A stretch of DNA of 63,245 bases, filler included, from Folioceros fuciformis (lineage: Eukaryota): NCBI GenBank assembly GCA_049999805.1. It is 10 parts of 10 records of this genome, joined end to end, with 100 filler letters (N's around TTAATTAATTAA, not from the genome) between each part and the next. Parts side by side here need not be neighbours in the genome. Positions count along the whole stretch, not along the records: positions 37,765 to 47,926 come from JBNGIO010001014.1; positions 48,027 to 52,058 come from JBNGIO010001015.1; 8 more parts are not named here. One strand, 5' to 3'. How positions within the stretch are numbered: position 1 is the first letter of the stretch; every line of letters starts with the position of its first letter. The notes beneath the pieces were generated by a model. The model was not told the origin of the DNA and searched no databases. It saw nothing but the letters and a program-made list of their open reading frames with translations. The translations under genes and the position numbers were made by a program. Positions 37,970 through 48,445 of this stretch are shown here, piece after piece.

Positions 37970-40900
37970 ATGACGTCCTTAGAAACCGTCATGTTCAATA
38001 TCGAGAAGTTAGATGGTACTAACTTCCCGTTCTAGAAAGAACAAGTGTATAATGTTCTAGAGCAGAAGAAGAAGATCAAGCCCATAAAGTTGCTAGGAGT
38101 GAAACCTGTTAGCATGACTTTGGATGAGTGGCAGGATCTAGATGAGCTTGCTAGGTCTACCATCATGCTAACATTTTCGAAGTTGGTCTACTTCAATGTG
38201 AAAGACAATACCACAAGTTATGAGCTATGGCAGAAGTTGTGTGACCTGTATGAAAAGCAAAGTGCGGCTTCTCAGGTGTACTAGTTGAAATAACTGGTGG
38301 ACTTGAAGATGAAGGAAGGGACGAAGATGTCCGATCATCTGAATGAGTTCAATACCATTTTCAGCCAGCTCTCATCTCAAGGTATCTCGTTCCAATATTC
38401 CGTGATAGCTATGTTTCTATAAGTCACATTACCAGAGAGTTGGGACACCTTTCGTACAGCTCTGAGTAATTCCACTCCTGCCAGTGGTCTCACTGTTGTA
38501 AATGTAGAAGGTAGCATGTTAACGTAGGAGGTGAACAGGAAGAATATGAAACCTCCGAAAGGTTCTAATGCCCTCATGGTGAGAGGAAGGTCCACTTCAG
38601 AGGGGAAGTACAATAAGCGAAGTCTTTCCTGTAGCAAATCTCGTAGTCGTAACAATATTGAGTGTTACCATTGTCACAAAAAGGGTCACATCAGAAGGGA
38701 CTGCGAGAAGTTCAAGAAGGACAAAGGAAAGGAGAAGAAGCAGAGCGATAACAAGGCAAGACAAAGTATCAAGCCTGCCGAGGTGGATTCTGTTGGTGAT
38801 GGAGATGTTCTTATCTCTTCTTCCTTCGATTTTGCGCAATTGATAGCCGTGGATAGTCACTATTCTCTAATTGGATAATTGACTCTGGAGCATCTTTCCA
38901 TGTTACTCCGCATAGGGACTGGTTTAACACCTATGATACTATTAGGAAAGGATGTGTTCGGCTTGGAAATAACTACGCATGCAAGTTGCAGGCGTTGGTG
39001 ATGTACAGCTGAAGTTCGACAACGGATCTTCATTCATACTGAAGGATGTTAGGTATGTTCTGAAGTTGACAAAAAGCATGATTAGCGCAAGGCAGTTGGA
39101 TGACGTTGGCTACTACTGTTGGTTTGGGGATAATTCTTGGAAGATCTCCAAAGGTTCTCTTGTGTTGGCTCGTGGATCGAAGTGTGACACTTTGTACTCA
39201 CTTTAGGTAACCACTGTCAAGGATCATGTGATTTGTGTAACGGAACAATCAAATGTTTCCTTGTGGCATTGTCGGGTAGGACATATGTCTCAAAAAGGAA
39301 TGAAGATCTTATCTCATTTTGGTTACGTCCTTGCTTTTGACTTTTCCGATTTCTCCGTGTGTGAGCACTATTTGTATGGGAAACAAATGAAGTCACATCA
39401 TGGAGCAAGAGGTAAACACAAAAGTAAACCTCTTGAATTGGTTCACAGTGACGTGTGTGGACCTATACCCACTGTATAATTAGGCGGTGCATCCTATTTT
39501 GTCACTTTCATAGATGATTTCTCATGCAATGTGTGGGTTTATACTTTGAGGAGAAAGGATGATGTTCTGACAGTGTTTCAAAAATTCGTCACCCTTGTGG
39601 AGAAATAGTCTGGCCTCTGACTCAAGTGTCTACGGACAGACAATGGGGGAGAGTACGTTTCGAAGGCTTTCCAGTCATTCTGTGATTCCAAGGGAACCAC
39701 AAGAGAATTGACTGTTTCGTATACTCCTCCCTAGAATGGTGTGGCTGAACGGATGAACAGAACCATCCAGTAGAGGATGTGTAGTTTGTTGGCAAACTGT
39801 GGATTGCCTAACAGATTTTGGGCAGAAGCAGTGGCTACTGTGGTGCATCTTATTAACAGATCTCCTAATAAGGCTGTGGATGAGCAGGTTCCAGAGGAGA
39901 TGCGGTCTGGAAAGAAGCCGTTATATATTCATCGACGAGTGTTTGGCTACGAGGCATACTACCATGTTCCAAAGGAGTTTCGGGATAAGTTGGCTCCCAA
40001 GTCAAGGAAATGTATTTTCCTTGGCTATGGTGAATCTGGTGAGATGGGATACTGTCTATGGGATCCAGAAGCCAAGAAGGTTGTTCGCAGCAATAACGTG
40101 TTCTTCAATGAGACCAAGATGCACAAGAAGCCTATTCCAACTGTGGAGGTGCGACGGGTGGTCTTCTAAGAAGTGTTAGTGTCTGACAAGGACAAGTGGG
40201 AGAAGGCGATGGATTTGCTCCATAAGAACCAAACTTGGGAGTTGGTTCGGTTGCTTAGGGGCAAGAAGACATTGCCATGCACATGGGTGTATAAGATGAA
40301 GGACATACCCCATTATGGCAAACCCAAGTACAAGGCACGATTGGTTGCTAAGGTTTTAAGCAACAACAAGGTATTGACTTTGATGAGATTTTCTCACCAG
40401 TTGTCAAAATGACCACTTTGCAATGTGTTCTTGCTCTGGTTGTGAGGAACGACATGGAACTTGTCCAGATGGATGTGAAGTCGGTATTTCTGCATGGTGA
40501 TCTCCAAGAAGAGGTATACATGCAGCAACCAGAGGGTTTCATTGAGAAGAGCAAAGAGAATCTGGTGTGCAGGTTAAAGAAAAGCCTTTATGGTTTGAAA
40601 CAGCGCCTAGGGAGTGGTATTACAAGTTCCACTCATTTATGCTTTCTCAAGGCTACAAATGTAGCAATGAGGATCATTGCCTCTATACGAAGCAAGCTAA
40701 GGATGGAAAGTTCATTTTGGTCCTGTATGTGGATGATATGCTAATTGCTGGGACTAGCAGTGATGAGATTTCAGCGTTGAAGTCAAAGTTGAATGCTCAC
40801 TTTGACATGATAGACTTGGGAGAGGCAAGCGATATTCTTGGCATGCGTATTCGTCGAGACAGACATAAGCATTTGCTTTACTTGTCTTAGACTGAATACA

Positions 40901-42036
40901 TTAACGGGGTGCTCCAACGTTTCAGTATGGAGAAGGGGAAGGTATTGAGTACTCCGTTGCCTCCATACGTGAAACTTTCGAGCAAAGATTGCCCAAGCTC
41001 TGCGGAGAACAAAGGTGAAATGGAGAAGGTTCTATACTCATCAGCTGTAGGGAGTTTGACATATGCAATGAATGCTACATGTCCTGACATTGCTTTTGCA
41101 GTGGGAGTGGTAAGCAGGTTTATGTCAAACCCTGGTAGGAAGCATTGGGAGGCAGTGAAAGGAGTTATGAGGTACTTAAATGGTACAAAAGCTTTGTGCT
41201 TATGTTTTGGTAGTGAAGATGCATGTGTCATGGGATATACTGATGTTGATTATGCAGGGGATATGGACAAAAGGAGGTCCACATCAGGTTATGTCTTCAT
41301 GTGCACTAGAGGGGCAGTCTCATGGCGATCTCGTTTGCAATCGTGCATAACACTATCTACCACCGAGGCCGAGTATGTTGCAGCGACTGAGGCGTGTAAG
41401 GAAGCCATGTGGCTTGCTCGTTTAGTGGGAGATTTGGGGATCAAGGTTGAGCTGCCAGTGTTGCATTGTGATAACCAGAGTGCTATCCAATTGGCGAAGA
41501 ATCTAGTATTTCATGCGAAGACCAAACATGTGGAAGTGAAGTATCACTTCATTCGAGAGGTGTTGGAAGACAAGAAGGTACAGCTTGTCAAAGTTCACAC
41601 CAGTCAAAACCCTGCAGATGTTCTTACCAAGGGGCTCTCTACGGAGCAATTCGCACAAGCTCGGACACTCATGGGCATGAGGTAGACCACTCTCCTATAA
41701 AGGTAAATTGGCCTTTAAGTGGGAGGTTGGTATTAGAGCCCATTAAAGCCCAATGTGCTTAGACTAATGTGTTTAGTCTAAGATTAGTGTCTAGTTAAGT
41801 ATCATTAGTTTAGATTAGCTTAAGTTAATCTGTAGAAAGCTTCTTACGCAGCTTTCCGTACGCTTCTTGTGAAGCTTCCTTGGGAGCTCTTCTAGAGGGT
41901 ATAAATACCCCATTGAGCTCGCTTGCTATAGAGACATAGAGAGACTCTGTGTGAGAGTGTGACCTCTCTTTCTCCTCTCCTCCTTCACCATGTGGCTCCT
42001 CTAGCGATCCTCTAGCGACCCTCTAGGACGACAACA
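37970..42036 (+). mobile_element. Ty1/Copia LTR retrotransposon, near full length and degenerate (family A, copy 2)
   Basis: Gag from ATG 37970 (FNIEKLDGTNFPF*K), CCHC knuckle, DSGAS, integrase, RT (YVDDML), RNase H (YTDVDYAGD, STTEAEY, CDNQSAI, TKHVEVKYHFIRE) ending 41685. PPT AAGTGGGAGG at 41717-41726. 3' LTR about 41728-42036. Many TGG>TAG and CAR>TAR stops. Confidence 0.96.
41728..42036 (+). repeat. 3' LTR of Copia family A
   Basis: Follows the PPT, starts TG, ends about ...ACAACA, and has TATAAATA at about 41899. Homologous to 8419-8514 and 48173-48445, both on the minus strand. Confidence 0.85.
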
Positions 42037-42642
42037 TTAGCAGGAGAGGCGGCATCAACAACTCTACGGGTAGGTCATCAACAACTTTATTGGTAGGTAG
42101 ACCCTTAAGCGGCATCCTCCGGACTATATTTTAGATGCTATTGGTAGTCATTCAAGGGGCTAGCCCCTAATATCCCAAATATGATTATCTCCATTTTTAA
42201 AGGTAGATGAGATTTTTTACTTTTTTCTAAAATAAATAAAAACTTAAACACTATATTTAAAAAACTATGTAAGATTATTCTCTCAAAAATATAAAATTTT
42301 CTTGAAAAGGTTTTAAATATAAATATACTATATACAAATAAAAATATTTATATATTTTTAGAAAAACAATATAAAAAATTAGCCCTCAAGAAAAAAAAAA
42401 GAAAAAAAAGGTGGGTAGACGTGGAAGATGCAAGTGAAGTGTTTAAGTAGTTCGGTTTAGCCTTTTTTGTGATCTAAGCTAGAAATCTTCTATAATACCT
42501 TCTTTGAAATTTTTTTTACTAAATTATATATATAACTATTTATTACTAGATTATAGTTCTAAGTATATTCACGCTTCATACTTTTAGATATTTTGGTGCT
42601 GATTCCCTTCAAACAGCATGCACGTTTGAACATAATAGTCGT

Positions 42643-44582
42643 CTATCGATACTGGGGTGCGACCTCCCCATCTGGCTTCACAATGTAGTCCTTTCCAAGG
42701 AAGTCCTGCCCAGTGAACCAGCGGTGCAATATGTCCTTGGCCCCAGCAGCGAAACGAGCCTGTATCACACAACCACCCCGATTGAATTGAGCACGCCCTT
42801 GCAGCGGGAAGGAAAATTAGTCAAGTACAGAAGGGAAAAGATGCACGCCTGTCCGTCCAGTGAGGAGCCGGAGATGTGAGGCGTGAGCGCCAGACGGTCG
42901 TATCCTTTGAAGAGACGCCACGCGTGATCATTCGGAGGAGGCTGCTGCGACCACACATCCCCACTGTAGCCTGCAAGATGCCCTGACTTGATCAATTCGA
43001 CCACGGCGTCAGCGTCCACGAGCGCTCCTCGGGCGTTGTTCACGACCACGGCTCCTTTTTTCAGCTTGCTAAGCTTCTCCTTGTTAAACAGTCCTCTACA
43101 ACAGCGTGGATCCGTGAGCATCCAGAACCCTCTGTGCCCTAGGCCCAAGACAAATGCTGGGGTTTCTCTTCAAAGCCAGCAGCGGCAGAGTCTATGCTTA
43201 CCTGGTCTGCACTGTTAGAGGAACATTGAGCAACAGCACGTCCGACTTTGCAAGAAGGGTGTCGAGATCGGTCTCACGAACTGCTCCCGTGAGCTCCTCC
43301 TTCTCCTTGTCCCACGCGTTGCGGTCGTAGTAGATGAGGTTGGCATTGAAAGGCTGGAAAATGAGTCAATCGATGCTATTCGGTGTCTGTTAGGCAATCC
43401 GCACGCACGGCAGGTGGAGATTTGCAAGCATGGCGATATCGCTGGAATACACTCACCTTGAGACGCTTGAAAAGCTCGAAGCCTATTCTTCCAGCTCCAA
43501 CCGTGCTTATGGTCTTCCCTTCCACGTCGTGGGCCCGGTGCACAGCAGCCGCGACATTCCACTCACCGCGCGTGATTTGCTGCCAAGCTGGCAGGAAATT
43601 GCGGACCAAGAGAAGGATGCGCAGCAGCTCGTCCTCCGCTACAGACACCACATTGCTCCCTGCCCGATCCAGGTGCCAGGTACAGTCGGATGAGCTGAAA
43701 TGGCTGGGACTGACAGTCCACAAAGTCACAACGGACCAAGTTCGAACCTGTAACTTCCGCTACAACGATTCCCGCGTCGGTAGCAGCTTTGATGTCCACA
43801 TGATCGGATCCCACCCCAGCCGTGAGCAGCAGCTTGAGCTTTTTCGCCTTCGTGATGCGCTCCGCCGTGATGTAGGCTGGGTGAAAGGGAGTGGTGATGA
43901 TGACATCTGCATCCCCCAAATGCTTCTCCAGTTCTGTACGTAATTGAGGCGGGATGGGATCAAGCATGTGTCACACCAAACACACTACCAATCAGGTCGC
44001 GTTGCCAATCCTATCTAAATCTGCCAAGAAGAGCAAGATATCGCTAATTCCTCAAGATAGAAAATGTCCATGACCGGAGTTCTCGCCGTCCTTGTCGTGA
44101 GTGAGAATGTACTGGTGCCCCAGCCCGTGAAGCCACTCCTTCAAGTCCAGCCCGCGCTCAACGTTGCCTACAAACTTAGGATCGGCGTGCGCCAGGTCGT
44201 GAGCCTGGTAGAAGACTCCCACGATCTTCAGGCCCTGTCACAACTCCCCCAGGCCCCTTGGTTCCACATCCAGAATGCCAAATCCAGAAACTCTAACTAA
44301 CCCCGGGCCACATGCATGCAGAGGAGTCGGACGCACATGCTTAGCTTGGCTCGCGTACGAGCTCTGCTCCCGGCAAAGCAATTTGCTGAACGCGGTCTCC
44401 TGAAACGCCTGCGAGCCAACGACGGATGGAGAGAGATCGGGAGCAAGACGGAGTCCGTTCAGAAGGTGCGGCACCCGCGGAGCAGCGTTGGTCACACGAG
44501 AGGAAAAGCTCTGGACATGGCCGGCGCCTCGGCACCGGTGTCCCAGGAGCGCCCGAACAGCCTGTTTCGCTGCACTTGCCAT
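42643..44582 (-). CDS. FDH: NAD-dependent formate dehydrogenase, organellar precursor (7 exons)
   Basis: [85 protein letters not shown]-terminal presequence-like exon at 44337-44582. Stop at 42643-42645. Last intron (42760-42848) is GC-AG. Confidence 0.95.
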
Positions 44583-45145
44583 TCTTGCTTCCTTGCTTGC
44601 GTAGTTCAGACTTTAGTGCGGGGCCTGAAAGAAGGCCTTTCGTAGTCGAGTTTATGGAAGGCAGCCTGGCAACCTGGTTCAGGAAAGGACAGCAGAGGAG
44701 AAGCAACATACATCATGTCAGGGAATTGGCAGAGAAGGGCAGTTTCAGAAGCAAGCGTCTGCAAGCACCCCGTGGCCGTCTCCTCATGTACAGACAGAAG
44801 CATGAACAAAAACTTGCTGACAGGCTTCAGGATGACGTGTACGACAAGATAAGGGCAAGCACCGACGATGTTTCGAACGTCCGTAATTCCAGTTCGCGGA
44901 TTGCAGAAGGGGAGCCGGTTCGAAAAGCGGGTTGGCTGGCCGAATTGTTTGTGCTGCCCCTGCCTGGTGCCGGCCAGGTGCATTCCCCTGTCACTCACAT
45001 CGATGCAGCGGAATATCCGCCTTTTAACTGAAACAAAATCCTTCAGTCAAGCCGGTGCATTCGACGTACATACTGTGCTTTTCCGATAAGTTTCGGTTGC
45101 TGTTTTTGTTACATGATACGGAACGATTGGGAACCATCGCACAAT

Positions 45146-47926
45146 TCATCTCCTCTTAGCTTGCTTTCTCTTCTTTCTGTCGTCCTCGCTACTATCACTA
45201 CTGCTGTCACCTGAGCTACTAGAGGCAGTGTCGTCCTCACTCGGTCCTCCACTGGAACTGCTGCCGTCCGTGCTACCAGATGACTGACTTCCACTGTCCT
45301 CGGATTCACTGTCTAGCGGTTTCTGCTGCTGCATTATCAATCTTGGCATGTTCTTCAGATGCTCCCTGAGGGCATCGGTCAGCCCACCCAGACCAATGGA
45401 AGTGAAGAAGTTAATAGCAAACCGGGTGTTCTTCGGATTGTCCTTGGGGAAGATGCCGTCAAATGAGTCTTGCATGAGAGGATCTGTGAGTCTTTCGTTT
45501 AGTTTCCGCAGTCCCAAGTGCTCTGACAGCTCCTGCGCAACAAAATAGGAAATGAGCCAAAGAAAGTGAGGGTCGAAAAGGTGCTCATGACACCAATGTC
45601 AACATAGACAGACGAGACACCATCCCACCTGGAAAAGGATTTTGATGAAAATTCGTGAAGAAGAAGTCGTGTCTTCCTCTGTGAGGCGAATATAGGCCAG
45701 GGCTTGCCAAGGCAGAGCATCTGTCCCTAGAAGATGGGCAAAAAACTTTGCCACATTCCTAAGCTTGTTGGTCTCCAGCCTGTGGATCATGGAGTACTGC
45801 TTCACAAAACACTGATCAAAGTTCTCCTGGTAAACTCTGTTGATCATGCAGAATCTCTGTCCTAGCAGTCCGTAGTAGCGCAAGTAAGTTCTCTCCTGAC
45901 TGCAACACTCCAGGAGCATTACACAAAGCTCCATCTGCAGCAGGGACAAAGTCAACATCAAATCCGTAAAAGATCAAGCAGAAACCAACAAGTAATAAGG
46001 CAAAGAGGAGCTTCAACAGAGCCCGATCGGACCACAGACGTCACACGGTGTAGCGTACCTCTTGTCCTTGCTCAAGTTTGATTTTCAGCAATTTGTGTCC
46101 AGCTTCCTCAAAATCAACACTCGACATGATCGTCAAGTAGATTGTGCGTCTCAAATTCACCAGATTTGTTTCTGTCTCATCCTGGATTTCCATGCGCTCT
46201 TGTTCGTCTTCATCATCTTCAGAGTCTTCTTCAGACTCTTCATCGGAACCTTTCTCCCCATCACCATCATCTTCCTCTGCCTCATCTCCAAGAATTTCCT
46301 TCTTTATAGCCTCGTACTTTTGCTCGCTTTCAAGAAACTTGGGGTCGAGCTTGAAAACATCTACACGTGCACAGTGTGAGGCAGACTAGCCCATGAAGTT
46401 CATACTGATACTGTACGATGGACCCTGGCATGCAACTGGTAGCATCACGTTTTTTACTTCACAACGGACAGCAGGTAGTATTGAGAGCTTACCGAGGCCT
46501 GTCTCGGGGTCAAGATCGTCTTCCAGAGACAGCTCATGCGTGATCTGATCCTCTTGTTCCACAAGGTCCAGCTCCTTGACAACCGCTTCAAACCCCTGCC
46601 AGTGAGAGCACAGGGAACGTTCTTACAACGCTCATGCAGGAACCTACCTACCGCACACCTGAAAAGTAATGATAAGCAAATAGAATGTGATGTTGAAATA
46701 CCTGAAACTTTGCTTTCCTAATGGCAAACAGCCCCTCGATCATGAATTGCACACGCTTGTCAATCTCTCCTTCATGTAGAATTCCACGGAAACGCTCAAA
46801 TATTCCTTTGGCAATACATACACAGCATCAGGCCCTCGGAGCTGAAATGACTCTGGAGCAGAAAATGAGATTCCAGGGCTCCTGCATTAGAGGCTTGACA
46901 GGAAATCAAAGACATACCATGTAGTCCCTGAGGCGATATATCCTGCAGGATTGCTCCACACTCCTTAACAAAGCCGACAGCAACCTGGCAAGAAAAGCGG
47001 GTGCAAAACAAATCGTTCAGCCAAGGCATTCCAACGTCAGCTACAAACCCCAAACCCTAAAGAGCGAACGGCCCTTACCTCCACGCTGTCATCCGTGGGA
47101 TGCTCCAGCAGTAGTGTGAGCAGCTCCAGCGCTATGATTTCGTGTGCTACTTGCTGGTTGACAAGGTGAGCAATGAACTTGGCAGCTGCGAGCAGGACCG
47201 GCTGATAAGATCACAGGAACAGAAGTATAAGAAATGCTCCAATGTCACAACAAGGAATGCCTGCAGAGAAAGCAGGTAGCTAGGTCTAGGCTACCGCACC
47301 TTATCATTTCGGCGAAACGACCTCTTCAGCTGAAGAACAATCCTCTTCAAAACGAGCTCACCGAGCTCTGGAAACTTGGTGTTCACGACAGCTATGATTG
47401 CCGCAAAAACATGAGTAAACGCCGGAGACGCCATCTGGGACTTCATGCACGACCGGGCAAACAGTCCACGACCTCGTACCAGATTCTCAGCGAAGAGTTC
47501 TGGAATGATGTTTTTGATGTTGGAAGCGTTCACTTTGTTCACCAACCCGTTGATACTCTTCCGCAACGCATCCCAGGTCATCCTCTGGTACTGAGGACTG
47601 CTCTTGTCCTCCACATCCTTCATCATTTGCGCCAGCTTGAACGGCGGGATATACACTCCCCCGCTCTTCCCCAGGGCTTTCTCGTCGTCCTCGCCCCGCT
47701 CCCGCTTCTTACCCCGATCCCTTTCCTTCTCCCTTGCCCCATTCTCCTTCCTGCCATCCCTCTCCGTGGCTGGCTCGTCCCCGTTAATCCTGAGCTCGCC
47801 ATTCCATCTGTCATCCGGGTCAATCCTCTCATCCCCCCTGTACCCCGCCCTGTCGCTCTTCCAGTCCCTGTCCCTGTACCTGTCCCGCTCCCGGTCCCTC
47901 TCCCTGTCCCGATCCCTCTCCTTATC
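45146..47926 (-). CDS. CWC22: Pre-mRNA splicing factor CWC22 (MIF4G + MA3); 5'-partial, multi-exon
   Basis: [109 protein letters not shown]-rich N-terminus is cut by a linker. Confidence 0.96.
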
Positions 47927-48158
47927 NNNNNNNNNNNNNNNNNNNNNNNNNNNNNNNNNNNNNNNNNNNNTTAATTAATTAANNNNNNNNNNNNNNNNNN
48001 NNNNNNNNNNNNNNNNNNNNNNNNNNCCCTTGACGTTTTTCGCGCACCGGCCCTCCCTGCGCCCTGTGCCTCTGGCGCCTCTCCTAAATGCCCTTCCTCA
48101 AGGCCTTGCACCTTTGTCCGCCTCACCCAAAGCCATCACCATCTTGCTCCACACCCAA

Positions 48159-48170
48159 GCTCTGATACTA
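48159..48170 (-). promoter_or_regulatory. Primer-binding site (tRNA-iMet type), one mismatch
   Basis: Minus strand TAGTATCAGAGC versus canonical TGGTATCAGAGC, immediately after the LTR. Confidence 0.8.
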
Positions 48171-48172
48171 GT

Positions 48173-48445
48173 TGAAGGATCGCTAAAGGAACCACATGGT
48201 GAAGGAGGAGAGGAGAAAGAGAGGTCACACTCTCACACAGAGTCTCTCTGTGTCTCTATACCCAGCGGGGTATTTATACCCTCTAGAAGAGCTCCCAAGG
48301 AAGCTTCACAAGAAGCGGATAGAAAGCTGTGCAAAAAGCTTCCTACAGATTAGCTTAAGCTAATCTAAACTAATTATACTTAATTAAACACTAATCTTAG
48401 ACTAAACACATTAGTAAAAGCACATTGGGCTTTAATAACCCTACA
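48173..48445 (-). repeat. 5' LTR of Copia family A (copy 3), 273 bp, TG...CA
   Basis: Minus strand reads TGTAGGGTTATTAAAGCCC...GATCCTTCA, homologous to 41728-42036. Followed after 2 nt by a primer-binding site. Confidence 0.88.

Noticed and set aside
33290..42036. Gypsy-DNMT and the adjacent Copia as one composite element
   Set aside because: Separated by the linker at 37665-37764, on opposite strands and from different superfamilies.
44426..45031. 201-aa plus-strand ORF between CWC22 and FDH
   Set aside because: Overlaps FDH exon 1 antisense and its promoter region, has no domain features, and is probably spurious.
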